Shown here: positions 31,634 to 45,420 of the stretch, piece by piece
Layout of the letters: each line of letters opens with the position of its first letter
Position numbering within the stretch: the first letter of the stretch is position 1
Assembly: GCF_009914755.1 (NCBI RefSeq)
Contig: NC_060930.1
Strand: one strand, 5' to 3'
Origin: the human T2T-CHM13v2.0 reference genome, Homo sapiens
DNA: 64,000 nt
The notes under the pieces: generated by a model
The model's database searches: none
What the model was told of the DNA's origin: nothing
What the model saw: the letters and a program-made list of their open reading frames with translations, nothing else
Translations under genes and position numbers: made by a program

Positions 31634-31928
31634 TTTTTTTTTTTTAAGATGGAGTCCCACTCTGTCACCCACGCTGGAGTGCAGTGGTGCGATCTCAGCT
31701 CACTGCAACCTCCACCTCCTGGTTCAAGCAATTCCCCCACCTCAGCACCCCCTAGTAGCTGGGATTACAGGCGTGCGTCACCAAGCCTGGCTAATTTTTG
31801 TATTTTTTGTAGAGACGGGGTTTCACCACGTTGGCCAGGCTGGTCTCAAACTCCTGACCTCTGATGATCCCCCCCGACTCGGCCTCCCAAAGTGCTGGGA
31901 TTACAGGCGTGAGCCACCACGCCTGGCC
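31634..31928 (-). mobile_element. AluS (Sq/Sx)
   Basis: Full Alu; TSD GCCAACCT. Confidence 0.95.
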
Positions 31929-34536
31929 GCCAACCTCTTTTTAATGAAACATATAGTGAGTGTTTATTTGTGATAACACTGTGGCAAACCGCAAGGAGTG
32001 TGAAAACAGTTATTTGGAATTTGGTATAAAATATTATTTTATTTTACTGACATTGTAAAATTTTGGTAAGAAAAAGAAAATGCAACATATTAGGAAAGAT
32101 ATAGATTATTTCTAAAATGAAACTTCAAACACTTAAAGAGAAATTTGAGCCTGCTTTTATAATACTAGGTTTTAAGGTTGAAATGGTTCTACATGATTCC
32201 TAGCCAAGGTGTCACAATGATGATTTCCTCAGATTTTCAGTATTTGCTCTCTGAAATATTTCCATGTAAGTAAATAGTGTATATTTTAAACATTTCTGAA
32301 ACCATTCAGTCATTTACAATAATTGATTTTTTTAATCTAATAATTCTTCCTTTTCTTATTTATCAGCTACATTATTGAAATTTTCCTAAGATAATGTATT
32401 TGGACTTTAAGCCCAAGTGAATTTTTTTTCATATTAAATGTTCCAGAAATAATGATGAAGTTTCAATCTGCAAAGCATGCATACATTTGCTAGGACAGCC
32501 ACCTGGCAGCTAGCTCGTATGCTGCTAAAGAGCAGATCCAGCAAATGAACATCAAGTATATAATTTATGTAAAGGTAAGGATTCAGGGGCTGTATAGCAA
32601 TACATTCACTGTAGCTCCCCTCCTCTCATCCCTGATTTCCCACCCTCTACCTACAGGATTCCTTTGGGCTGAGTGCCACGTACTCTGTCTGTGCACTTTG
32701 TACATGAAATCTAGGAGGCCTTGTACCCTGGTTAATAGTGGGCTACCACAGACACTGCAGCTGGTATGAATACATATGTCCAGGTGCTTAATCATCTCCT
32801 TGGCTATGCTCAGCTGTCATGGTAGACTGGAATGATGGATGTTGCTCATGATCTTCTTTACAGTGGGGCTTTTCTGGTGGGCCTGTAAAGTGTTCCATTG
32901 GAGGGTCCAAGAATACAAGGAAGAACCTGCATGTGCTTAACCAGACCAGCCCAGGGCTCCATCTATATACTCTAGCTTCTTGACTTCCTAACCAAATGGA
33001 CCAATGTCTAGCCTTAGAACACCCTTTTCTGTCCACAGACAAACCTGGGACTCTGAGGGTCTAGAAGCCACCTGACAGAGTCTCTGTAGAAGAGATGTGC
33101 TTCCAGCCAGTGTTAATGGGAAAGGAAGGGTTTCCTGTGCAGCCCGCAGACCAGGACCTTTTTTTGTGCAGGACAGGTCAACTCCTTTCCAGCAATTACA
33201 CCTCACACTTACGCCAACTGACCACAATCTCAACCAGCGAAGCTTTAGTTACTTATTCCTGAGATTTCTCACCTGCCTGTCCCAAGCATGAGGCAATTGT
33301 AAAAAGAGAAAAACAGAGGTTGGTCAACATCAGATATACAACTCAAAGAACTAAATATTAGTTTTTGCTTTACAGGTAAATACATGTTAATGTTAAAAAA
33401 TTCTCTTGAAAAAAAATTTTTATCTTACTGTCATAAAAACTGTGATCTTGGTGAAATCACTGAATGATAAAGAACTTTAAAAATGTTTCTGAAATAAATC
33501 ACATCTCTTGCATAGATTTTGCTTTATCCTGAGATTTTTTTCAAAGAAATTTTACTTTGACCTTGGTTAACATGTTAGGATTGGCATTAAAAATATACGT
33601 TTTGCATGAGATAAAAATTAGATCACTAGTACTTCCAATTTTTAGTGTTTTCAAAATAATCATTAATATATGTAAATTACTTGTTAAAATGGTCCCCGTT
33701 CTTTAAGTTATCTAAACACCTAAATAGTTTGGTAGTAGAAAATTTAAGGTCATTTGTAAAGTATAAGATTTGAGGTACAATTCTATGAGACCAGGACAAT
33801 TCACAGGCAACAAATCAAGCATTACAAACCTGATATATTTAGACAGCTACTTGTCATGTCTGGGTAGACATCACAGGTACCATGGAAAACAGCAAAAAGA
33901 GCCACGACTACAAGGCTATGTTCTAGTTATTTGGTTACATAGATACAGCCATGGTCTAGCAATTTAAGCGGTAGTATTTAATAAAAGAGAAAGTAAATTA
34001 AAAATAAGTTGTATTGATAAATGTGATTAACTCAATTTAAATTTCAAGGCTTTAATATTTTAATAGGCTTAGTCTTTTGTTCTTAGTCACATGCATAATT
34101 ACTTTTCCTCATGCTTTTGATTTAGTGACAGAAAAATCTGAATAATCTTTGTAGAAAAATATACAGTGGGAAAAACTGATCTAAATGAGAATAAATGTTG
34201 CCAAAGTCTTGTGGTTACATTGTATATGACCAAGTGCAAAAACAAACCATTATAATCTCACTGATTGTGGTTAAAAATAAATATCTCATTTCCTCTAAGT
34301 ATGATGAAGCAAGAGAATGTTTATCTAGTTAGTTTTTAACTCTAATAGTTTATGTCAAAATTGAAACAGGAAAAAAAATTTCCAGCATATAAATCCCAGG
34401 ATATAGGCTGGCTGCCACACAACTCTTTGTTTTCTCCCATTTTCTTAAGCACAGGATACGCTCAAATTCCACAGAACAGGCAAAATTCAATGGCTTCATG
34501 AGTAGTCTTTGAGAACATACTTCAATGGTTTATCAT

Positions 34537-34632
34537 TGTCAAATTCAAAGTTCTCAAAAAAGCATATCAGAGTCACCAGGAGATGTCAAATTCAAAGGTT
34601 CTCAATAAAAGCACATCAGAATTACCAGGACA
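34537..34632 (+). repeat. Tandem duplication of about 48 bp (2 copies)
   Basis: TGTCAAATTCAAAGTTCTCAAAAAAGCATATCAGAGTCACCAGGAGA / TGTCAAATTCAAAGGTTCTCAATAAAAGCACATCAGAATTACCAGGACA. Confidence 0.9.
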
Positions 34633-35349
34633 ATAGCTTCCAAATACATATTTCACAAAAGATAAATTATGCAAATCAATAAATAGTAAACTTACCTCCA
34701 ATCCACTCTAGTTTGGTGACCTCTTAAACTCAAAAAGACCAATACAGGAACGCTCTCTATGCAGGTATGTTCTGAGATTGTGTGTGTGTGTGTGTGTCTG
34801 TGCACGTGTGATGTGACACACATACATATACCAGCTTCTGCAGAGATCCCAGACCCTGCCTTTATGCAGAAGGCATGGTTAGAATGGGGATTTGCCAAAC
34901 ACACTTTCTTCTGCTTCCTGGTTGTGTGATCATCACTCTGGCCATGTTTCCCTCTCATTCTGCCATGGAGCGTATAAGAGCCCAGATTGGCAAAGACAGA
35001 ACCAGCACTTGCCCATAATAATTTGGGAAATTCTGTGGCCTCATTCAGAAACCTTCAAACATTCATGGGTTTTGGTAGCCCAGAGAGCGGAGTATAGGAA
35101 GGGGCCAAGATTTCTCTGTTTTCCCTGGAAACATGGATGTCTAAATATCAGAAATGGCAATACTGTCTTAATAATACCTCCTGTTCATGGACAAGTTCTG
35201 TAAATTTTTATTTGTCAGGATAAGTACAGTCTATGAATAATTAATTATTATGCAGTTATTCTTTCCTTTTTTTTTTTTTTTTTCTTTTTCCTTTTCTTCT
35301 AACCTAACACTCTCCGCCAGGGAAATCAATCACACTAAACATTTACTAA

Positions 35350-37747
35350 CAGGATCTCCCACTTTGGCTACACATTGGGATCACCTAGAGAGCTTGTTAA
35401 TATACTGGTAGTTGGGTCCTACTCCTGGAAGTTTTACTTTGATTGGTCTGGGATGGACCTGGGCATCTGGATTTTTTTATATCACCAAGGACCTTTTCTT
35501 TAACTTTTATTTTAGGTTCAGGGGTCCAAGTGCAAATTTGAAATACAGGGAAATTGCATGTCACAGGGGTTTGGTGTACAGATTTTATTTTGTCACCCCC
35601 TGGTAATAAGCATAATCCCCAATAACCAAGGAGGTGAAAGGCCTCTACAAGGATATTTACAAAACACTATTCAAAGGAATTAAAGATGGCAGGTAGTTTT
35701 TCGATCCTTACCCTCCTCCCATGTTCCACCCTCAAGTAGGCCCCAGTGGATGTAGTTCCCTTCTTTGTGTCTATGTGTACTCAAATTTTAGCTCCCACTT
35801 ATAAGTGAGAACATGCAGTATTTGGTTTTCCGTTCCTGTATTAGTTTGCTTAGGATAATGGCCTCCAGCTCCATCCATGTTGCTGCCAAGGACATGATCT
35901 CATTCTTTTTTATGGCTGCATAGTATTCCATGGTATATATGTACCATCTTTTTAAAATCCAGTCTACCATTGATGGGCATTTAGGTTGATTCCATGTCTT
36001 TGCTATTGCGAACAGTGCTGCAATGAACATATGTGTGCATGTGTCTTTTTGTGGTAGAATGATTTACATTCTTTTAGGTATATACTCAACAATGGGATTC
36101 CTGGGTCCAATAGTAATTCTGTTTTAAGTTCTTTGAGAAATCAACAAACTGCTTTCTACGACAGCTGAACTTTACATTACCACCAGCAGTGTATAAGCAT
36201 TCCTTTTTCTCTACAACCTCGCCAGCATCTGTTATTTTAATAATCGCCATTCTGACTGATATGAAATTATTTGTATTTCTCTAATAATTAGTGATCTTGA
36301 GCATTCTCAACAAACTAGGCATGAAGGAACATACTTCAAAATAATGAGTCATCTATGACAAACCCACAGCCAACCTCATATTGAATGGAAAAAAGCTGGA
36401 AGCATTTACCCTGAAAACCAGCTTGAGGCAAGGATGCCCACTCCTGCCACTCCTATCCAACACAGTACTGGAAATACTAACCAGAGCATTCAGGAAAGAG
36501 AAAGAAATAAGGGCATCCAAATAGGAAAAGAGAAAGTCAAACTATCCCTGTTTGCGAACAATATGATTCTATGCCTAGAAAGCCCCATAGTCTCAGCTCC
36601 CTGATCCGATAAACAACTTCAGCAAAGTTTTAGGATATAAAATCCAGGTACGAAAATCACTAGCATTCCTATACACCAACGTCCAAGCTGACAGCCAAAT
36701 CAATAATGCAATCCCACTCACAATAACCACAAAAAGAATAAAATACCTAGGAATATAGCTATCCAAGGAGGTGAAAGACCTCTACGACAAGAATTATAAA
36801 ATACTGCTCAAAGGAATCAGAAATGGCACAAACAAATGCAAAAATATTCCATGCTCACAGATAGGAAGAATCAATATTATTAAAGTGGCCATACTGCCCA
36901 AAGCAGTTTACAAATTCAATGCTATTTCTATAAACTATCAATGACATTCTCCAGATAATTAGAAAAAAACTATTTTAAAATTCCAATGGAACAAAAAAAA
37001 AAAGAGCCCAAAAGCCAAGCCAATCCTAAGCAAAAAGAACAGAGCTGGAGGCATCACATTATCCCACATCGAACTATACTACAAGACTACAGTCACCAAA
37101 ACAGCATGGTACTGGTACAAAAACAGACTCATAGACCAATGAAATAGAATAGAGAGTCCAGAAACAAAGCCATACACCTACAGCCATCTGATCTTCAACA
37201 AAATTAACAAAAATAAACAATGAGGAAAGACTCCCTATTCAAAAAATGGTTCTGGGATAACTGGCTAGCCATACGCAGAAGACTGAAACTGGATTTCTTT
37301 CTTACACCATATACAGAAATCAACTCAAGATGGATTAAAGACTTAAATGTAAAATCTAAAAACTATATTAAAAAAACCCTGAAAGACAACCATTCTGGAC
37401 ATAAGACCTGGCAAAGATTTTATGATGAAGATGCCAAAGCAATTGCAACAAAAATTGACAAATGGGATCTAACTAAATTATAGAGCTTCTGCACAGCAAA
37501 GAGTAAACAGACAACCTAAACACGGGAGAAAATATTTGCAAACTATGCATCCAACAAAGGTTTAGTGTCCAGAAGGAACTTAAATTTACAAGCAAAAAAA
37601 AATTATTAAAAAGTGGGCAGGAGACATGAACAGACATTTTTCAAAAGAAACATGTATGTGGCCAACAGCATATTTAAGAAAGCACCTGAATTTTAAAAAG
37701 CTTTCTAAGTAATTCTACTGCAAAGCCAAGATTGAGAATCACTGTGC
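35350..37747 (+). mobile_element. MER5A-like element split by L1PA15 (35350-35476 and 37682-37747)
   Basis: CATTGGGATCACCT...TGATTGGTCTGGGATGGACCTGGGCATC; right half GTAATTCTA...GCCAAGATTGAGAATCACTG. Confidence 0.7.
35477..37681. mobile_element. L1PA15 with 5' inversion (minus to 36305, plus 36306-37681)
   Basis: PA15 3' UTR TTGCATGTCACAGGGGTTTGGTGTACAGA; ORF2 peptide [25 protein letters not shown] on plus; degenerate TSD GCATCTGGATTTT / GCACCTGAATTTT. Confidence 0.9.
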
Positions 37748-38339
37748 TACAGAGAAAATATTCTGTCTGGGAGTGCAACAAGTTTTTTTTTTTTTTTTAA
37801 GTGAGTAAATCAACATGATCCTGCATTCTATTTCTGAAAAAAAAAAAAAAAAAAGACACCTATTGCTCTAGGGGTAAATGATGGCCTAGTCACCTTAATT
37901 TAGAATTTGCAGCTTTGTTCACTGTTTTACAGTCTCCATGTTATTAATTTTCTGTTTCATAAACCTGACAAACATAATTGTTAATTACATACCTTACACT
38001 CCACCCTCACAGCAATGGTTTCTCTCAGAACCCTCATCTGATATAAAGCTATAGTACAATGCCCCACTATATTAAATTTCAATTTAATTATCTTTATTAC
38101 AGCATCACCTCCTTGGAGGAAATTATTAACTCTGAGATGAGCTTATAATAACAGAGAAAGGTAATGCAGGGAGCCTTGCCCTAAAGCCTTGTGCTATATA
38201 TAGGCTACAGTTACAGGCTCAAGAGCAACAATAAAATGGTTGAAAAAGAAGCTACTCTGCCATATCCTCGGCTCCCTGTGATGTGATCCCTCAAAGGTCC
38301 CTAGTGGCACACACAAAGCGAATGGCATGAGAAATAGGT

Positions 38340-38394
38340 CACACACACACACACACACACACAAATGCACAAGTCATTTGTGTGTGTGTGCGTG
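38340..38394. repeat. (CA)n followed by an inverted (TG)n
   Basis: (CA)12 AATG-CACAAGT-CATT (TG)6. Confidence 0.9.
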
Positions 38395-39683
38395 CACACT
38401 TTAGTTGAAAGCAGAGAATAATTCGCAAATAATTAGCCCAGGTGAGACCAGGAAGCTGTCCATGGACAGTACACATTCATTACACCATAGTTAATCTTTT
38501 AAGAGTTAAACTTTACTTAGCACCATGTACTTTAAAAAAAAAAAAAAGCTTAGGGTGTTTTGCCTTAAAACATTACTTGAAGTGACTTTCAATGACTCTC
38601 TTTAAACTTGGTTTGAAAATTAAAAGAGCTAGAAGCCAGCAAGCTTCCCAAAAGTAATTAAGTCCCTAAATTAACACTAAGGGGCTTGAATCCCATGCAA
38701 CTATGGTATTAGGTGACTGAGAAAAAATGAACTAGAAAATGGGATCACAGAGCTTTGAGACTGTGTTATTGAAGCAAAATAATAAAATAAACTTTATTAT
38801 CACTTATTCGGCATTTAAATAACAAGTATTTACAAAAAGTACTTTGGGGTCAACCACTGTCAGGAGTGAAGTGTCACCATGCCACATACATGCCTCACCA
38901 CTCCCGTTTTTGTTCTTTTTAAACATGTCAGGAAGTTTAGGCACAGAAAAATTCATTTGTCCAAACTTCAGACAATAGAGTCCAACATAAACACAGACAA
39001 TAACAGTGACACTTGAAATAGTCAGTGAATTGGGCGATCAGTATGTAGCTAGGACACCAGCTTCAGCCTAAGTTGAACTTACCATAGGATATTGACATCT
39101 TTTGGGGTCCTGGAGACGTGGCGGGGAGAGGGTTCAAACTAAGAATGCTCCTTGATAAAGAGAACATATTGAGGGAGAACATGTTGAGATGCTTAAGTGA
39201 ACAGCCAAAGGGGAAAGGGTTTTTTGAGTATGTGCTGTGCCTATTATTTGCATAACCCCACCCTCTGCTTAGGGAGAGAGGGTTGTAATAAAGAGCAAAA
39301 CTTGAGTTAGACATGACACTAAAATTTCTGTGACAGATTGGGGCAAAAGCGCCTTATCTATTGGGGGTTCTAACAAGTAGAAATGACCAGAAAGGACTCT
39401 TTCCAGAATTAGTAAATATTGGAAGCTAGAGGAGGTAGGAAGTGGCTTCATGGCAACACTGCAGCTGTGCTTTTCATGATCATTAATGGATCTGATGGAA
39501 TAAGACAGTGGAAAATGGTGAGTATTGGGCAGTAGCTGAGAGTTCTGTGTTAATGGGGGAAATGTGAGGGTATGAGAGGTGCTTGTTCTTATGATCAAAT
39601 TGGTGTGAACTGAGTAAAGACAGCTGATTATTTAATATTTAGAATCCAAGGAAGATTCTCCCTGAATTGTAAATTGGCAGCCT

Positions 39684-39998
<315 letters not shown>

Positions 39999-40203
39999 GT
40001 AAACTGGCAACCTACTTAGCCAAAATATACAATCTTTCTATTCTTTATTATTATTACAACTTTGTGTAACATGTTGCCTGTAGACATTTAATAATCTTGC
40101 TCATTAATTGAGACCTAGATGAACAAATAGTATCAAGTTCCCATGGTTCCTTATTTGGGCTTTCCCCTGCTGTGTGCAAAGGTTCTATATGGTTTTACTA
40201 GAT

Positions 40204-41070
40204 CCATCAGTCAGAGCTCAGCCAGGAAGATTGAAACAACTTGAGGAATTTCTAATGCAGGTAACAATGTAGAAAATTGGTTACTTAATATTGGAGGATC
40301 TAAAAGAGCAAAAAGGAGAGGGTTTGATCAGTAACTGCAAGATGATACTTCTATCCTGTCAGTGACAAGACTGAAAGGGAAAATACTATTCAAGAGCCCA
40401 TAATCTCTGCCATTAAAGCTGCTGGATAATCTCCGGCTGCTGTCAGAGCCACCATTGCCACTACTTGGCAAGACCATAGAAGTAACCTGCTTCTTCTGCT
40501 ACTCTGCCTATACACTGCCTGAAGCCAAGAGAGGAAAAAATGCCCACAATCCTTAAAAAAAAAACAACAAAAAAAACTTTATTTTAAGATCAGGGGTATA
40601 TGTGCAGAATGTGCAGGTTTGTTACACAGGTAAACCTGTATCATGAGGGTCTGTTGTACAGATGATTTCATCACCCAGTTATTAAGCCTAATACCCATTC
40701 GTTATTTTTCCTGACCTTCTCCCTCCTCCCACCCACCACCCTGAGAGGCCCCAGTGTGTGTTGTTCCCCTCTATGTGTCCATGTGTTCTCATCATTTAGC
40801 TCTCACTTATAAGTGAGAACTTGCGGTTCCTGTGTTGGCTTGCTGAGGATAATGGCCTCCAGCTCCTTCCATGTCCCTGCAAAAGACATGATCTCGTTCT
40901 TTTTTATAAAATGCTCTCAAGCTTATTCCCACCGTCCAATTTCCTGGTAGGACCTCCCGCTAGGAGAGTATAAGAAAGCTGCTTGGTAAGGAGGGAATCT
41001 TGTTAAAAATAAAGTTCGCAGACTTTCAGCTTGCTTATAAGAGAGAAACACAGATGCATGAGCCTGGAGC
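40204..41070 (-). mobile_element. LTR33-like ERVL LTR, split by an L1PA
   Basis: ATCAGTCAGAGCTCAGCCAGGA...AATTGGTTAC...TATTGGAGGA...AGAGCAAAAAGG...AGTAACTGCA. Confidence 0.5.
40555..40907 (-). mobile_element. L1PA12/13 3' end
   Basis: TCAGGGGTATATGTGCAGAATGTGCAGGTTTGTTAC...TATTAAGCCTAATACCCATT; degenerate TSD AAAATGCCCACAATCCTTA / AAAATGCTCTCAAGCTTA. Confidence 0.88.
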
Positions 41071-43145
41071 TGATAGCCAACAGACAAGCAATCAGCCCTT
41101 TGGGTTACCCAACTCAAAGTTAAGCAGGAAGCCAACAATATTGCAATAGTCCTGTTAGATTAAATTCCATTGCCAAATAGAATTTGTTTCATAAAAATTA
41201 TAAGTGATTGCTACATAGTGTAACAGGTAACCACCAATTTTCTCCTCTTGTTTTGGGATCCATAGATATAGCTGTGAAAGGCTTGCTTCTATTTACAAAA
41301 ATTTTAGTTGAAAAACATTTATAAAAACAAGAAAATATACATAGTATATTACAACCAATAATATACAGTCAGTATACATAACATATGTTTTATTAGATTA
41401 AGAAAAAGTGCAAGAAAGGAAATCTAATGTTTGTCACAGGGCCAAATACAATATCTGAGGATAAAATTTGATGAAAATAGCATTATGAAAATTCACTCCT
41501 ATTAGATGATGGCTTTTTCATGTCAGCTTGATAACTTCCAGGAAATAAATGAAGGCATTTTAAAAATCAAAGTGATATAATCATATAAGTGGTGCCTTAT
41601 AAAAATTCTTAATGGTACAGTATACCAGCTCCAAACTATGACAACATTAACCACATCAGGAGAAAGTAATGAATTATAATAAGTCTGGAGACAAGCAAAG
41701 AAATAATTAATATCTCTGAATCAATTTTACGGAGCTATTATCTTAATTTTGTGGTATTTTGAATAGAATACAAAATATTGAGTAATAAAAGCAAGATATT
41801 AATTAAACAGGGGTGATTTCTGAGACTTGTTAGTACACATGCTACCTTTTTTTGTTTTGTTGGAGACTGGAGTGTTACACTTCATTTTCGGACAAAGTAA
41901 TCATCTACTTTTCCAAAGCAAGTTAGCAGTCAGGTAGAATCTAAATGACAAATACCATCTCTCCTCACAGGTGATATCTACAGACCACACATTTTACGAA
42001 AGAAGGATCAAGTCCAAATTATTACAATTTATTTATTCACACTGATAGACTATGCCACACACTAATAGGTGGTTCAAAGCAAAAGCTATATAATTGGTTT
42101 TGGATTTCCCAATCTCCTTTATTTCTAATCAGTATCTACTGTTCCTAGGCCAAGGATCCTGTCCTGTGAGGAAGCTAGTAGTATCACTCCTCCAAGCCCC
42201 AGAGATGACTCTGGTTTGGTGGAGACAGTGGATAAAATGTCTGAGCAGACAAGAGAGGCAGCCTCTAGACACACTCCCCCTGCAGGAGTTTAAGGGCCTG
42301 AGGCTGGGGAACAGCTACCAGCACCAGCAGCAATGCCCTGGAGTCAATCTTATGAAGCTTAGGAACTTTGAGCAATCACTATCATTCAGGTGATCCCTTG
42401 CAACAAACAACCATGATGTGCAGAGAGGGAAGGCACTGTAACTAGAAGAGAATATTGGATACGCTTGCCTTATTATGTAGTCTATTAGTAATCCCAGGAC
42501 AGCCTCTAGCCAAAAAAAAAAAAAAAATGTCTTAAAGCTTAGTATACTTGATTTGGTATTTCACCTTTCCTGTGCCTGCCTCCCCAGTCAATCTAAGTGT
42601 TTATCCTGATTTCCTCTTAGAGAAGACATGTGCTTACTCTTTGCAATATTTGCTATGTTTATGAAATACAGGGTGCAAATTATATATTTCATAAAGGAGA
42701 GATACGTTTGTATTAACAGCATGATCTTATGCTTATAATCTCTCTTTAATCTGGATGTGAGTGATTATATGAAAGTGAGTGCATAATTTAAGTTGGTAAT
42801 TTTTTTCTGTCTTATCGGTACACAAAGTGATGGCATATTTTACAATCTTTGGTGTTATAGATTAGATAAAATATGTAATTCACTTAGTAAATGTGAAATA
42901 TTGCACAAATTTCAGACCCCTACTGCATAAAATGTGGAGGTCAACGCTTAACTAAAATGATTTTTTAAAGTTTCTTCCGCTTTCAAAACCTGTCGAACTA
43001 TTTACTAGATCTTCAGCAAAAAAAGGTACTTGGTAAAGAAATTGAGATACCAATGACAAATAATCTATCAAGCAAACTTAAGTTATTGTTCAAAATTAGT
43101 AGGCAGGAAATAGTTTAGTTGAGGACAAGACCAGGCTGCCAAAGA

Positions 43146-43158
43146 CAGAGAGAGAGTG

Positions 43159-43199
<41 letters not shown>
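43146..43199. repeat. (GA)n microsatellite
   Basis: About 17 uninterrupted GA units plus degenerate flank. Confidence 0.95.
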
Positions 43200-43203
<4 letters not shown>

Positions 43204-45184
43204 TTAAAAGCCCAGAATAAAACTGCATATACAATATTTAACATGTTTTAATATTTCTTGAAATGCACACACTGTATTACCTGAGCTGCTGAAGTGAGTA
43301 GTAGCCAACACAACCCTTCTCCATATCTCATATTTTAAAGAATTGAGAAGTTACATTCATAATTTATAAATCAAATTAGAAATTTTCTGATTGGAAAAAA
43401 GAAGAAATTTGGTGCCCCCCAAAAATGCCTGAGAATGTATCCCTGTGGATGTTGACCTGGGGAAAGCCATTTAGTCATTTCATCTATTGAAGATAAAATT
43501 ATTTTGATCCTCTAAGCTATCTCAAAATTTGAATGTCTTCTGTGTTATGATAAAATGCCCTTTCCCTTTAGCCTTCTGCAACAGAGTGCACTCAGAAAGC
43601 CTGCTAGATGCATTACAGAGACACATCAGGCATTCTGCAAGCTGAAGATTCTCCACTTTGATCTCCCAGCAAGCTGACTGTGGCACAGTGTCCCCACAGA
43701 GTTGAATGCACTGCACAGGAGGGTCTTTTAACTAAAGTGCACACAGGGAAAATTTCATGAGGTTCTTATGAAGTGGTTTGTTTTAGCTCTGAATGGAGGA
43801 AAAGAAGTAGAGAGGAAAAGGGAAAATGGTCTTATGACATAAAGATCCAGTTGGACCTGGTGTGATTTTTATCATCTTAAAGCCTGTTTGAGAAGACTAA
43901 CCTCAAAGTATGAGACTGTCTCAATACAGCACATAAAAAATGGAAGGCAAAAAGTAGCTGGTCTGTAAACAACCCACAAAGCAAATTGCCAGTTGATATT
44001 TTCTGAACTAGAATTCTTTGAGTTACAATGGGAACAGCTTCTCGGTATATACAGAGCATGAGTCTTCTCTTTGGTTCCAACGGAGCTTTGTTATGACTTG
44101 TAATGAGCTGAACATTGTAATGCATGTTCTAAAAAAAAAAAAATTGACTGTGACTGTGTGTGCAAAAATACAATGCACATGCACCAGGATGTTAACAAAA
44201 CAGCACCTGCACAAACTAAGATTGCAACTCTATTCTCAGCTTATCTTTGCTTTTCACTCACTGGGATCATTTCTCTTTCAATGGGAAGGAAAGCCGCACA
44301 TGCAAGCAGAATTCCTACATTAAACTGGAGCTACCACTTTTATATGAATCAGAGCTCAGTAAACACAACAAAAATCTGAAAAATTTTAAGTCCAAATATT
44401 GTCTGTCACATAAATACAATAAGCTTCCACAATGTTAATAGCAATAGATGATAAGTAACACAGGCTTTTAAACCTGAGGTTGGAATTTAAGAGAGGTACT
44501 ACACAATTATAGGCTATTTAAAATTGTTTTAAGTTGACTATACACATAAGAAGTATTTGTTCAAACTTTAAAGCTGTCCTTAAAAATAACATCATTAATA
44601 GAGTTATAGAAATTAATGTACAGATGAGTGAAAATACATAAATAGCAAAAAATGATCATGTTTATTTGTCCTTTAAAAATGCCAATAGTTAACACAGTTC
44701 TCTAAATCTAATCCATCATCTGTTCATGGTACACAAGTGACAGATTTGCTGATTGAGAACAGATAACCCAGGTAAACAATAAAAACCACCACAACTAACA
44801 AATAGTGAATGCTCATATTCCTAGAAGTACTATGCCTTGTGCTAAATACTTTAAATTTTTATTTAGTCCTTCAGCGCTCTGTTGGGGAGGTACTTGTTGT
44901 GCTTTGAATTTAGCAGATGACCAACCTCAGGGTTCAGGTTTATGAACCTTGCCCCTGTCGCATAGCTAGTAAGCAGCAGAGCTGGGCAGTGTGGCATCCC
45001 ACTCCTCCCCTAGATCTAGTCATCACATATTTCTCAGTCGCTATACCTATAATAGGAAAAGGGCAAAACGACGTTGAGGATGCCGTTATTTGGGCAAATG
45101 TACATTTTTTAATTGTGGGAAGTGAGAGTGCTTTCTATAGTAAGGCCAGTTGGAAGTGAAGAGTGAGTATCCCTAATCTGAATC

Positions 45185-45420
45185 ATTACAGTATTACAAA
45201 ATGAAGACTTGAAACAACCAAAGAACTTCATATTGCAAAGAGTATTAGAGGGCATCATATCCTACCCAACATAGGGGTTCTGTCCAGTGCATTCCTGACA
45301 GATGGCTGCACTTGAACACTTCCAGTGATGGGGCATTCACCACCCACTAGGCAGCTTATTCCAATTTTGAATGACTTGAATTTTTAGAAAGGGCATCACT
45401 ACATGGAGCCAAAAATCAGA
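45185..45420 (-). mobile_element. L3/CR1 (or MIR-CR1) fragment
   Basis: CATTCCTGACAGATGG...CTTGAACACTTCCAGTGATGGGG...CTAGGCAGC. Confidence 0.5.

Noticed and set aside
32496-32509. CTCF-like CTGCCAGGTGGCTG on the minus strand
   Set aside because: Two mismatches to the core consensus; cannot be supported without PWM scoring or ChIP data.
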